NCBI GenBank assembly: GCA_963802255.1
Contig: CAWDHY010000001.1
Coordinates: 299,842-363,841 of the forward strand
Origin: Candidatus Magasanikiibacteriota bacterium
GTDB taxonomy: Bacteria > Patescibacteriota > Patescibacteriia > Magasanikbacterales > GWA2-37-8
Reading direction: 5' to 3'
DNA length: 64,000 nt
Shown: piece by piece, positions 18,144 to 27,595 of the stretch
How positions within the stretch are numbered: position 1 is the stretch's first letter
Layout: every line of letters starts with the position of its first letter
Program-made: the position numbers and the translations under genes
Notes under the pieces: generated by a model
Told to the model about the DNA's origin: nothing
Database searches by the model: none
Seen by the model: only the letters and a program-made list of their open reading frames with translations

Positions 18144-19442
18144 GTGAACCACGGATTGCCCTTTTGGGTAATAATCAGGATGTTATTAAAAAAATATATG
18201 CCACAAGTAAAACCGGATATTGAAACATTTGCAAAAATTAAAGTTGTCGGTGTCGGCGGTTCCGGCGGTTCAGCCATCAACAGAATGATGGCTGCCAGAA
18301 TCAGAGGAGTTGATTTTGTCGCCATGAATACCGATGTTCAAGATTTGCATCATAATCTTGCTCCACAAAAGCTTCATATTGGAAAATCAGTGACCAGAGG
18401 ACTTGGAGCGGGTATGGATCCTGAACTTGGCCGTCGCGCGGCTGAAGAATCGCAGAATGAGATTAGAGAAATATTAAAAGATGCCGATATGGTTTTTGTG
18501 ACTTGTGGCTTGGGTGGAGGCACCGGATCGGGTGCATCTCCGGTTGTTGCGGAGGTAGCCAGGGAACTCGGGGCTTTAACTGTGGCGGTTGTTACCAAGC
18601 CGTTTGTTTTTGAAGGCCATAAACGAAGTGATATCGCCGATAAGTCATGGGATAATCTGGTTAAACATGTTGACACAATTATCACCATTCCGAATGACCG
18701 GATAAATCAGGTGATTGATAAAAAAACATCAATGTTGGACGCGTTTAGAATTGCGGACGATGTTCTTCGGCAGGGTGTTCAGGGAATTTCAGAGTTGATC
18801 ACCATGCATGGTGTGATCAATGTTGACTTTGCGGACATTAAAACAATTATGAAAGATACCGGGTCTGCCCTTATGGGTATTGGAATCGGTTCCGGAGAGA
18901 ACCGGGCCGTCGAAGCGGCAAAAGCCGCTATTTCCAGTCCGCTCCTGGAACTTTCTATTGACGGGGCAAGGGGAATTCTTTTTACCGTAACCGGCGGTAA
19001 AAATTTGGCAATGAGCGAAGTGGAAGATGCGGCGAAAATTATCACTTCTTCGGCTTCTGAAGACGCAAAAGTAATTTTTGGCGCTATTATAGATGAAACA
19101 ATGACAGATAGTATAAAGATTACTGTAATCGCCACCGGTTTTGATGACCGGCGCCCGGTTTCCGAAGAGGAAAATTTATCAAAATATTCTCCGTTTGGCA
19201 ATGTGTCATTGGCTTCAAAATTTAAGCAAAGAGAAGAAGATACGCAAGACAAGAAGTTTTTTAATGATTTAGTCAGCACGAAAAAGAGTAGTGGTCACAC
19301 ACCGTCTCATTCTGAATCGGTTTCACGTGAACAAAAAAATGATATCCCAACTCAAAATCCTGCCGGTGTCGGCAGTGGCACCAGTGTATCTGATGATGAA
19401 CTTGAAATTCCGGCATTTATTCGCCGAAAAATGGGAGTATAA
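18144..19442 (+). CDS. ftsZ: cell division GTPase FtsZ
   Basis: KIKVVGVGGSGGSAINRM is followed by the tubulin signature GLGGGTGSGASPVVAEVA. The likely true start is the internal ATG at 18198 (MPQVKPD...). Confidence 0.95.
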   Translation: MNHGLPFWVIIRMLLKKYMPQVKPDIETFAKIKVVGVGGSGGSAINRMMAARIRGVDFVAMNTDVQDLHHNLAPQKLHIGKSVTRGLGAGMDPELGRRAAEESQNEIREILKDADMVFVTCGLGGGTGSGASPVVAEVARELGALTVAVVTKPFVFEGHKRSDIADKSWDNLVKHVDTIITIPNDRINQVIDKKTSMLDAFRIADDVLRQGVQGISELITMHGVINVDFADIKTIMKDTGSALMGIGIGSGENRAVEAAKAAISSPLLELSIDGARGILFTVTGGKNLAMSEVEDAAKIITSSASEDAKVIFGAIIDETMTDSIKITVIATGFDDRRPVSEEENLSKYSPFGNVSLASKFKQREEDTQDKKFFNDLVSTKKSSGHTPSHSESVSREQKNDIPTQNPAGVGSGTSVSDDELEIPAFIRRKMGV

Positions 19443-19451
19443 TATATTATT

Positions 19452-19913
19452 ATGCGTTGTCCGGTTTGCAACAACCTGGAAACTAGTGTTGTGGACACAC
19501 GCCCTTCCACTGATGGTCTGACAATTCGCCGAAGGAGGGAATGTGACAAATGCTCATATCGTTTTTCTACTGTTGAGGAAATCGAGCTTTTAGATATTGT
19601 GGTGGTAAAGAGTGACGGACGGCGGGAGAGTTATATGCGCGAAAAAATTGAGCGTGGGATTAAACAATCGCTTTCAAAACGTCCGTTTACCGCCGATAGG
19701 TTTAACCGCCTTCTTCATTCCATTGAGCGCGATATCCAAAAAAGAAAAAAAAGGGAAATATCAAGCAAAGATATCGGAGAAATTGTCATGAAACATCTGC
19801 GCAATTTTGACAAAGTTGCCTATATTCGTTTTGCGAGTGTTTATCGCGATTTTCGTGATGTAAAAACTTTCGAAAAAGAACTCAAAAAAATTGGCAAAGG
19901 CCATAGTGCTTAA
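19452..19913 (+). CDS. nrdR: transcriptional repressor NrdR
   Basis: Zn-ribbon MRCPVCNNLETSVVDTR...CDKCSYRF followed by an ATP-cone region. 153 aa. Confidence 0.9.
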   Translation: MRCPVCNNLETSVVDTRPSTDGLTIRRRRECDKCSYRFSTVEEIELLDIVVVKSDGRRESYMREKIERGIKQSLSKRPFTADRFNRLLHSIERDIQKRKKREISSKDIGEIVMKHLRNFDKVAYIRFASVYRDFRDVKTFEKELKKIGKGHSA

Positions 19914-19930
19914 TTGCTAACCATTATCAT

Positions 19931-20377
19931 ATGACAGAGGAGGTCAAGAACGAGGAATTAAAAAAGGAAGATTTGACGTCTGATCCGACGGAAAATCAAC
20001 CGCCGCAATTTATTGGTTTGGAAAAAACGGAAGATAAGGACACCCCCAAGGAAGAGGAGGTGCCGCTTCGCGACCTTTTGGAAAAAAATCTTAAGTGGTC
20101 GCAGATTATATATGAACAAAACCGCCGTATCAGCAGGCGTCTTCTTTGGTCGCTGGTTCTTTCCTGGATAAAATGGGTCGTAATTATTGTACTGCTTGTT
20201 TTAGGAACTTGGTTTGCGTGGCCAATCACGAAAAATTTATTTAATCAATATGAGGCTATTACCGGTAGTGGAGCGTCTTCCGGCCAAAAATTGGATCAAT
20301 CAACTTTGGATAAAATACTGAAAATGATTCCTTTAAATGATTCGGAAAAGGAGCAAATAAAAGCAATGAATAATTAA
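19931..20377 (+). CDS. hypothetical membrane protein
   Basis: Acidic N-terminus, one TM segment LLWSLVLSWIKWVVIIVLLVLGTWFAW. No motif recognised. Confidence 0.4.
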   Translation: MTEEVKNEELKKEDLTSDPTENQPPQFIGLEKTEDKDTPKEEEVPLRDLLEKNLKWSQIIYEQNRRISRRLLWSLVLSWIKWVVIIVLLVLGTWFAWPITKNLFNQYEAITGSGASSGQKLDQSTLDKILKMIPLNDSEKEQIKAMNN

Positions 20378-20379
20378 TT

Positions 20380-21822
20380 ATGATGCACAAAAGCACAAAA
20401 ATAGTGGCCACAATTGGTCCGGCTTCAGAATCGTATGGAAAAATTAAGGCAATGATAAAAGCGGGCGTGAATGTCGCTCGTCTTAATTTTTCTCATGGCT
20501 CATATGAAAATCACGCCAAGCTGATCAGAAATATCCGCCGGGCTGAAAAAGAGCTAGGCGTGCCGATTGGCATTATGCAGGATATACAGGGGCCGAAAAT
20601 CCGTTTGGGTGATATGCCTGCGGCCGGTGTATTAATTAAAACAAATGATGAGATAGTCATAAATACTTCTTTAATTTCTTTTGACGGTAAAGACCTGCCG
20701 CTATATTTTCCAGGGTTGGAAAAATATGTTAAACCGGGAGACCGTTTGCTTATTGACGACGGGCACGCTGAATTAAAAATAAAAAAAGTTGCCGGGACAA
20801 GAATAATGTGTAAAGTAATTGAAGGTTATCTTTTAAAGAGCCATAAGGGAATAAATTTTCCTGACAGTTTTTTAAAAATTCCGATCATGAGCGACAAAGA
20901 CAGGAGGGATTTGAAGTTCGGTTTAAAAATGAAAGTTGACATTATCGCTTTATCTTTTGTGCATACCGCGAAAGAAATAAAAAATGTCAGGACATTGATA
21001 AAAAAATATCAGCAGGAATTAAAAATGAAATCACAGGCACCTGTTTTTATTGTCGCCAAAATTGAACGCAATGAAGCGGTAAAAAATATTGATGAAATAT
21101 TAAAAGAAGCGGACGGAGTAATGGTGGCGAGGGGGGACCTGGCGATGGAGACAACAATGTCGGAAATGCCTTTATTGCAAAAAATGATTGTGGAAAAAGC
21201 CAATGCGCTTGTAAAGCCGGTGATTGTTGCCACTCAGATGCTTGATTCAATGCAGACAAACCGACGTCCGACCAGAGCTGAAATTACCGATGTAGCAAAC
21301 GCGGTAATTGATCATGCGGACGCATTGATGCTTTCAAATGAAACAGCAACAGGCAAATATCCGGTGGAAGCTGTCAGAACAATGTCAGAAATAATTAAAA
21401 CCACAGAAGAATCGAAATATGATGACATTGACCCGTTCAAGGAAATGCACCCTCACAAGTCAATCAGCAAAGCCATAGCCGGATTGTCAGGCGTGGTAGC
21501 TATGCAAGTGGGAGCCAAGGCTATTTTAGTGGCTTCAGCAACCGGAGCGACCGGTCGTTTGGTCAGTCGTGTAAGGCCGCAATATCCTGTTTATGTCGGT
21601 GTAAAATCAATTGTTGCCGGACGCCAGCTTTGTTTATCTTGGGGTTTGCGCCCATTTTTATTATCCGCCAAACATTCAGTGGAAGATTTAGTATCCGCTT
21701 TTCTTTCTTATGTTAAGAAAACTAAACTGGTGAAAAAAGGGGATAAGATTGTTTTAATTACCGGCGAACCAGTGGGTAAAATGGGAAATACAAACATGCT
21801 TGAGGTTAAAGAAGTTAAATAA
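20380..21822 (+). CDS. pyk: pyruvate kinase
   Basis: KIVATIGPASESYGKIKAMIKAGVNVARLNFSHGSYENH is a typical PK N-terminus. 480 aa. Confidence 0.9.
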   Translation: MMHKSTKIVATIGPASESYGKIKAMIKAGVNVARLNFSHGSYENHAKLIRNIRRAEKELGVPIGIMQDIQGPKIRLGDMPAAGVLIKTNDEIVINTSLISFDGKDLPLYFPGLEKYVKPGDRLLIDDGHAELKIKKVAGTRIMCKVIEGYLLKSHKGINFPDSFLKIPIMSDKDRRDLKFGLKMKVDIIALSFVHTAKEIKNVRTLIKKYQQELKMKSQAPVFIVAKIERNEAVKNIDEILKEADGVMVARGDLAMETTMSEMPLLQKMIVEKANALVKPVIVATQMLDSMQTNRRPTRAEITDVANAVIDHADALMLSNETATGKYPVEAVRTMSEIIKTTEESKYDDIDPFKEMHPHKSISKAIAGLSGVVAMQVGAKAILVASATGATGRLVSRVRPQYPVYVGVKSIVAGRQLCLSWGLRPFLLSAKHSVEDLVSAFLSYVKKTKLVKKGDKIVLITGEPVGKMGNTNMLEVKEVK

Positions 21823-21824
21823 AC

Positions 21825-21860
21825 AAAAAAGCCGTTAGTCAAACGGCTTTTTTGTTTTTT
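21825..21860. terminator. bidirectional intrinsic terminator between pyk (+) and glyA (-)
   Basis: aaaaaagccgttagtcaaacggcttttttgtttttt: hairpin flanked by an A-run and a T-run. Confidence 0.7.
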
Positions 21861-21863
21861 CTC

Positions 21864-23015
21864 TTATTTATATAGAGGAAATTTTTTAACCAGTTCGCCA
21901 ACTTTTAAACGGATAATATTCAGCCTTTCAGTATCTTGAAAATGTGTAATTGTTTCATTAATCCATTCTGCGATTTGGCGCATTTCATTTTCTTTCATTC
22001 CTCTTGTGGTGAGCGCCGGTGTACCGAGCCGGATGCCGGACGGATCCATTGGGGAGCGCGGATCATTTGGCACCATATTTTTATTTACAGTAATACCGGC
22101 TTCATCCAAAGCGATTTGCGCTTCTTTCCCTGAAATATTTTTATTGGTTAAGTCAATCAACAATAAATGGTTGTCAGTCTGCCCGAAACAAATATTGAAA
22201 TCAAGTTTTTTTAATCCTTCTTCCAAAACCTTTGCGTTTTTTATTACTTGTGACGCATATTCTTTAAATTCCGGTTCCAGAGCTTCTTTAAACGCGACCG
22301 CTTTTGCGGCGATATTATTTTCATGCGGTCCGCCCTGAAAACCCGGGAATACGGACTTATCAATCGCTTTGGCGAATTTTTGTTTGCACATTATCATTCC
22401 ACCGCGTGGTCCGCGCAAAGTTTTGTGGGTAGTGGTAGTTACGATATCAAAAATAGGCACGGGGTTTTCCATTACTTCACCGGCAATAAGCCCGGCGATA
22501 TGAGCGATATCTGCCATGGTAACTGCGCCAACCTCGTCAGCAATTTCTTTAATTTTTTTCCAATCAATAATGCGCGAGTAGGCGCTGTATCCGGCCAAAA
22601 TTATTTTTGGCTTGTGTTCAATTGCTGTCGCGCGTAATTCATCATAGTTGATTAAGCCATCCGTATCGGTACCGTAACGGATAAAATTATACAGCTTGGC
22701 CATATAGGTGACCGGATGCCCGTGCGTTAAATGTCCGCCGTGCGCCAGGTCCATGCCAAGAACAGTATCGCCAGGCTGAAGCAGAGCAAAATATACGGCG
22801 ATATTAGCCGGCGCGCCGGATAACGGTTGGACGTTCACGTGTTCGGCGCCGAACAGTTCTTTAGCGCGTTCAATCGCCAGTGTCTCTACCTCGTCGATGT
22901 ATTCACAGCCCCCATAATATCGCTTGCCAGGATAACCTTCGGAATATTTATTGGTCGCGATTGAACCGAGTGCTTCCAAAACCGCCGGTGAAACAAAATT
23001 TTCCGACGGAATCAT
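21864..23015 (-). CDS. glyA: serine hydroxymethyltransferase, main body. The N-terminal 29 codons lie upstream (to 23101) in another frame; apparent frameshift in an A7 tract.
   Basis: [38 protein letters not shown]...[12 protein letters not shown] is a classic SHMT. See the finding on the frameshift at 23037-23043. Confidence 0.9.
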   Translation of the reverse strand: MIPSENFVSPAVLEALGSIATNKYSEGYPGKRYYGGCEYIDEVETLAIERAKELFGAEHVNVQPLSGAPANIAVYFALLQPGDTVLGMDLAHGGHLTHGHPVTYMAKLYNFIRYGTDTDGLINYDELRATAIEHKPKIILAGYSAYSRIIDWKKIKEIADEVGAVTMADIAHIAGLIAGEVMENPVPIFDIVTTTTHKTLRGPRGGMIMCKQKFAKAIDKSVFPGFQGGPHENNIAAKAVAFKEALEPEFKEYASQVIKNAKVLEEGLKKLDFNICFGQTDNHLLLIDLTNKNISGKEAQIALDEAGITVNKNMVPNDPRSPMDPSGIRLGTPALTTRGMKENEMRQIAEWINETITHFQDTERLNIIRLKVGELVKKFPLYK

Positions 23016-23105
23016 CTCCAGTCCGTTTTCCTGGCGTTTTTTTCTTTTTCAATGGCGACATAAACATTCGGGTCAAATTGTTCAAGTTTTTCTTTGTGCA
23101 TATTA

Positions 23106-24686
23106 TTAGATTTTTTTAATCATGTAGGTATTTTGCAATTTGTAACCGAGTTTTCTGTAATAACCCCGTACGCCAACGCCGGAAATCACCGCTATTATAT
23201 CTGCCTTGGCTTTGATGGCCAATTTTTCCGCTCCTTTTATTAATTTTACCCCCATACCCTTGTGTTGTGAAGCAATGGCATTTTTAGTGCCGATTTTTAG
23301 CATCTGGCCGTAGGTATGAAGTTCACGGATAAAGGCCGGGTATAGACCGTTTTTATCAATACGCAAACGGCAAAAAGCATAAACCACCTGTCGTTTGGCA
23401 TCTTCAAAACTTAAAAAATATTCAATTCCGCCCGAGGCATTGTATTTATCAATAAATAATTTCGGACGCGATAATTTAATATTGGCATGTCCGACTTCAC
23501 GGCAACGCAAACAATTGCAGTGTAAACCGCGGCGTAGCATTTCCGCCTGAATCACTTGGCGCAAATTTGTAACTCTGTTTCCGGCAACAATGTGATGCCC
23601 GGGAATGTCGCGGATAAGACGCGAAATTCGAACATAGCGCGGGATGGCCGCTTTGAAGTTTATAAGAATATCAATTAATTTTTTATCGTTGTATGGCTTA
23701 TATTTTCCGGATTTAACCCAGCGGTAAAGCGGAGATTTTTTTACTACCGTGCACGGATAAATTTTTATCATGTCAGGACGGTAATCAGGATTATCAAAAA
23801 TTCCCGCTAACATTTTTGCATCTTTGCCCGGCGTTGATCCGGGAAGCTGTGGCATAAGATGAAAATCAACTTTAAATCCGAATTTTTTTAAAAGTCCGGT
23901 GGCGCGTATAGTTTCCGCTGTATCGTGTCCGCGCTTTACTAATTTTAAAATTTTGTCATCAGTGGTTTGGACGCCAAGTTCAATTCTGGTACAGCCAAGC
24001 TCGCGCATAATCAAAATATTTTTTTCAGTAATATGATCCGGCCGTGTTTCCAAAGTTAGCCCGATAATTCTGTGTTTTGCAGTTTCATTTTTCTTTTGGG
24101 CTGACTGTAAAATTTTTCTAATTTTTTCTACGCCTCCTTTTTTTTCTCCTTTAATGCCATTGGCCGCTTCAAAACATCGCAATACAAACCAATATTGATA
24201 CTCAAGCGGATACGCATTCCATGTCCCGCCTTTTATAATCAGTTCAATTTTATCGGTTGGGTGTCCGTTTTCGGCCAATGTTTTAATACGCTCATGTACT
24301 TGCCGGTAAGGGTCAAATTGTAAAGATGATGCCCGCGCTGCCGCCGGTTCGTCGCTGATATAACTTTTCGGCATTTCTTTTTCATCCGGACAATAAATGC
24401 ACCGGCCCGGGCATTCGTGCGGCTCAGTCAGAACGGTCACGATCGCGACGCCGGAAAGTGTCCGGACCGCGCGTTTGGTTAGTAAAGTTTCCAATAAAAA
24501 AGATTTTTTTATCTTGCCTTTAGCGAGCATGGCGTGATATACTCGGAGCAAGTCAGTTTTGCGGGATAAATCTTCTTTGCTTTTCGCACTGCGCATTTCC
24601 GAACGCAAAACAGACGAAAATTCATCAGATGTTTTCGGGACTTTTTTCAGTAATTTATAAATTATTTTTTCGCTCAGGTCAATCAT
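23106..24686 (-). CDS. elp3: Elp3-family radical-SAM / GNAT tRNA U34 carboxymethyl-modification enzyme homolog
   Basis: Radical-SAM Elp3 core HECPGRCIYCPDEKEMPKSYISDEPAAARA...DPYRQ...IKGGTW. C-terminal GNAT QHKGMGVKLIKGAEKLA...VISGVGVRGYYRKLGYKL. The ORF is open up to a TTG at 24797; the ATG at 24686 or 24596 is more plausible because the extension overlaps the divergent gene. Confidence 0.85.
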   Translation of the reverse strand: MIDLSEKIIYKLLKKVPKTSDEFSSVLRSEMRSAKSKEDLSRKTDLLRVYHAMLAKGKIKKSFLLETLLTKRAVRTLSGVAIVTVLTEPHECPGRCIYCPDEKEMPKSYISDEPAAARASSLQFDPYRQVHERIKTLAENGHPTDKIELIIKGGTWNAYPLEYQYWFVLRCFEAANGIKGEKKGGVEKIRKILQSAQKKNETAKHRIIGLTLETRPDHITEKNILIMRELGCTRIELGVQTTDDKILKLVKRGHDTAETIRATGLLKKFGFKVDFHLMPQLPGSTPGKDAKMLAGIFDNPDYRPDMIKIYPCTVVKKSPLYRWVKSGKYKPYNDKKLIDILINFKAAIPRYVRISRLIRDIPGHHIVAGNRVTNLRQVIQAEMLRRGLHCNCLRCREVGHANIKLSRPKLFIDKYNASGGIEYFLSFEDAKRQVVYAFCRLRIDKNGLYPAFIRELHTYGQMLKIGTKNAIASQHKGMGVKLIKGAEKLAIKAKADIIAVISGVGVRGYYRKLGYKLQNTYMIKKI

Positions 24687-25412
24687 ATGGATAAGCGTAA
24701 AGCACAAGAAATTGTACGTCAAACACGCCAATTTTACAATACCGCCGCCAAGGAGTGGGATATTAGCCGAGGCGCTCCCACTCGCATTAAAAAACAAATT
24801 ATCCGGCCGGTTAAAAAGGGGATGCGAGTCTTAGATTTAGGTTGTGGTAACGGGCTAATGGCTAATACTGTAATGAGTCTCGGCGGTCAGTATGTTGGCG
24901 CGGATATTTCCGGGAAACTTATCGCGCTGTGTAAAAAACGATATGCTTCATATATCAAAACCAAGCAGGCGGAATTTGTAACAGCCGATGCCGCCAAGTT
25001 GCCGTTCAAAAAAAATTCATTTGATTTTGCTGTTTCTTTTGCCGTGATGCACCACATTCCTTCGGCTGAAATGAGAGTGAAATTTTTACGGGAATTGTAT
25101 CGCGTGATGAAACCCGGGGCGACGGCAAAAATTGACAATTGGAATTTGCTTGAGAATTGGAGCTGTAAAAAATATTATATCAATCGCCAGTTGAAAAATT
25201 TTCCACCCTCTCATGATTATGGTGATGTCTATATTCCATGGAAGGCGACCGGCGGAAAAACAATACCGCGCTACATTCATATTTTTTCAGATGCAGAATT
25301 AAAATCGGTTGCCAAATTAGCCGGATTCAAAAAAATAAAAATTGAATATTTCAACCGCGCCGGAATAAAAACAAAAAATGGTGAAGCGCAGATACTTACT
25401 GTAAAGAAATAA
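24687..25412 (+). CDS. class I SAM-dependent methyltransferase, Trm9-like
   Basis: Motif I VLDLGCGNG. Trm9-type post-II motif FDFAVSFAVMHHIPSAEMRVKFLRELYRVMKPGATAKIDNW (compare Trm9 FDFAISIAVVHH...RR...GG...W). Confidence 0.65.
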   Translation: MDKRKAQEIVRQTRQFYNTAAKEWDISRGAPTRIKKQIIRPVKKGMRVLDLGCGNGLMANTVMSLGGQYVGADISGKLIALCKKRYASYIKTKQAEFVTADAAKLPFKKNSFDFAVSFAVMHHIPSAEMRVKFLRELYRVMKPGATAKIDNWNLLENWSCKKYYINRQLKNFPPSHDYGDVYIPWKATGGKTIPRYIHIFSDAELKSVAKLAGFKKIKIEYFNRAGIKTKNGEAQILTVKK

Positions 25413-25415
25413 AAA

Positions 25416-25444
25416 CATCCGCCACTGTTGGCGGATGTTTTTTT
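25416..25444. terminator. bidirectional intrinsic terminator
   Basis: catccgccactgttggcggatg hairpin followed by ttttttt, between convergent genes. Confidence 0.7.
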
Positions 25445-25446
25445 AT

Positions 25447-26601
25447 TTAAGCTATTTGCGGTTCCTCGCAAAGCAACGGAATCTGCGTATGATAAATATC
25501 AATTGTTCGTTTGGCAATATCTTCCCACTGATAATCGCGGGTAACCGTTTCTTTATTTTGAATACCGGCCGCGGTTAAAAGTTCAGGATCGGAAACTAAA
25601 TCGATAATTTTTTTTGCCAGAGTGAATACTGAAGCATTGGCCGACCAAAATCTTCCATCAGTAATTACCTCTTGATGTTCCGGAATATTGGAGACAAGCG
25701 CCGGACGGCCGAATGACATTGCCTGTAAAACAGTAATCGGCAAACCTTCGTTTTCAGAAGGGTGCACAAGCATCAGAGAATTGGCGTACAAAGCATTGAG
25801 CGCTTCGCCGTTTTGCCAATCGGTAAAAATTATGGAATTATCACCCTCAGCCATTTGTTTGAGCCGGCGAACATAATCATCGGTAAACGAACTCCCGCCG
25901 ACAATCGCCAGTTTTAAATCGCGGAGCAATTCAGGTTGTTCGCGCCGGGCTTTTTGCCAGGCTTCAATTAAATAGTGGGCGCCTTTATGGCGGACTAAAC
26001 GGGAAACCATCAGCAAATATTTACCGGGCTGAAGACCCCATCTGCCGAGAGTGTCAGGACCGGGGTTTGATTCAATTGTAACGCCGTTCGGATTATAAAC
26101 AGTTGTCCGGCGGTATTCATTTAAACAATAACTTTGAATTGTTTTGGAAACAGAAATTGTCTGATGCGGAAATAAACAAGCCGCCCGTTCGCCAAGCCAA
26201 AGCATAAAGCGGGCGAATACGCCCCATTTTTGATGATAGCGGTCGATGCAATGAAAGGTTGAAATAATTTTAATTTTTGGCGCGAATACGCGGGGTATCC
26301 AGGAAAGAATAGAAGGACCGACACCGTGATAATGTATAACATCAGGTTTTTGGCGCATGGCATGAAAAGTTGAAGTAAAGGTGTGGACAATGGCATCTAA
26401 ATGCTTGGTCCGGATCGTCGGAGTATGAATAATTTGTATTCCGCAATGTTCGGATACTTTTTTCGGTGTAAACCATTTACGCGCATATAATAAGACCTCG
26501 TGGCCGTTTTTCACGAGTTCTTTGGATAGCTCCTCAACGTGGCGTTCAATACCGCCGTAGAGTGCCGGAGCGCCTTTTTGTCCGATCATTGCAATTTTCA
26601 T
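25447..26601 (-). CDS. glycosyltransferase family 4 (GT-B)
   Basis: MKIAMIGQKGAPALYGGIERHVEELSKEL and the C-terminal EX7E-type motif HPSENEGLPITVLQAMSFGRPAL. Confidence 0.8.
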   Translation of the reverse strand: MKIAMIGQKGAPALYGGIERHVEELSKELVKNGHEVLLYARKWFTPKKVSEHCGIQIIHTPTIRTKHLDAIVHTFTSTFHAMRQKPDVIHYHGVGPSILSWIPRVFAPKIKIISTFHCIDRYHQKWGVFARFMLWLGERAACLFPHQTISVSKTIQSYCLNEYRRTTVYNPNGVTIESNPGPDTLGRWGLQPGKYLLMVSRLVRHKGAHYLIEAWQKARREQPELLRDLKLAIVGGSSFTDDYVRRLKQMAEGDNSIIFTDWQNGEALNALYANSLMLVHPSENEGLPITVLQAMSFGRPALVSNIPEHQEVITDGRFWSANASVFTLAKKIIDLVSDPELLTAAGIQNKETVTRDYQWEDIAKRTIDIYHTQIPLLCEEPQIA

Positions 26602-26723
26602 ATAATTGCCGTTGCATTTTTAGAACTAAGTAATATAGCACATTTTAACGTAATTGTCAAGGGTTAAAAGTAGGCTTTTTTAGCTAAAAAACGGCTAAAA
26701 CAATTTGTCAGAATACTGAGAAT

Positions 26724-27590
26724 ATGATAATATATATGCGTTTTATGATAATTGACGGTAAAAAAATTGCCGAAAAAATAAATCTGGCCACTTTGGAAAT
26801 GGTCAGGAAAATTAAAAAAAACGGCTATAGCCCTAAAATAGTTGTTTTTTTGGTTGGCCATTGTCCGGAATCGGAAATATATGTCCGGCAAAAGGAAAAA
26901 TTGGCTAATAAATTGGGTTTTATTTTTGAATTAAAGCGTTTTCCCAAAAACATCAAGCAGAGCAGTTTGTCGAGGGCGATTCTTCGCGAGCAGGCAAAAC
27001 GGGAAACTTCCGGTATTATCTTGCAACTGCCCCTGCCTAAACAGATAGATACCTACAAGACACTTTCTTGTCTTCTTCCGGAAACAGATATTGATTGTTT
27101 GTCTGATATCAGTTTGGGCAGATTAATTTTAGAAAATAATTTAGTTGTGCCTCCAACGGCCGGAGCTGTAATCGAAATATTAAAGACTTTGCGGATTAAT
27201 CTGAGCGGTAAAAAGATTGTTGTTATCGGTTCAGGGTTATTAGTTGGGAAACCCCTGGTAATGATCCTGATGAACGCAGACGCGACAGTTACGGTTTGTA
27301 ATTCAAAAACAAAAAATTTGGCAAAAATTTGCCGTGAAGCGGATGTTATTGTTTCCGGCGCGGGCAAGAAAAATTTAGTAAATTCAAAAATTGTCAGAAG
27401 GGGAGCGGTAGTGATTGACGCCGGATTCTCTTTTTCCGGCGGAAAAGCTTTTGGCGATGCTGAAATTTCCGGTCTTGATAAAAAAGGAGTGAAAGTCACG
27501 CCAACGCCGGGAGGTGTCGGTCCTGTAACAGTGGCCTGTTTGATGCGCAACGCGGCGATCTGTGCCCGTCATAAATTTCATAATAAATAA
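26724..27590 (+). CDS. folD: bifunctional methylenetetrahydrofolate dehydrogenase/cyclohydrolase
   Basis: IIDGKKIAEKI...LQLPLPKQID...PPTAGAVIEILK...GKKIVVIGSGLLVGKPL...PTPGGVGPVTVACLMRN. The true start is probably the ATG at 26748. Confidence 0.9.
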   Translation: MIIYMRFMIIDGKKIAEKINLATLEMVRKIKKNGYSPKIVVFLVGHCPESEIYVRQKEKLANKLGFIFELKRFPKNIKQSSLSRAILREQAKRETSGIILQLPLPKQIDTYKTLSCLLPETDIDCLSDISLGRLILENNLVVPPTAGAVIEILKTLRINLSGKKIVVIGSGLLVGKPLVMILMNADATVTVCNSKTKNLAKICREADVIVSGAGKKNLVNSKIVRRGAVVIDAGFSFSGGKAFGDAEISGLDKKGVKVTPTPGGVGPVTVACLMRNAAICARHKFHNK

Positions 27591-27595
27591 TTTTT

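Noticed and set aside
18779-19279. 166-aa - strand ORF antisense to ftsZ.
   Set aside because: It lies entirely within the highly conserved ftsZ coding sequence.
24687-24797. N-terminal 37 codons of the elp3 ORF from a TTG at 24797.
   Set aside because: It would overlap the trm9-like coding region by 111 nt on the opposite strand; internal ATG starts at 24686 or 24596 are more plausible.
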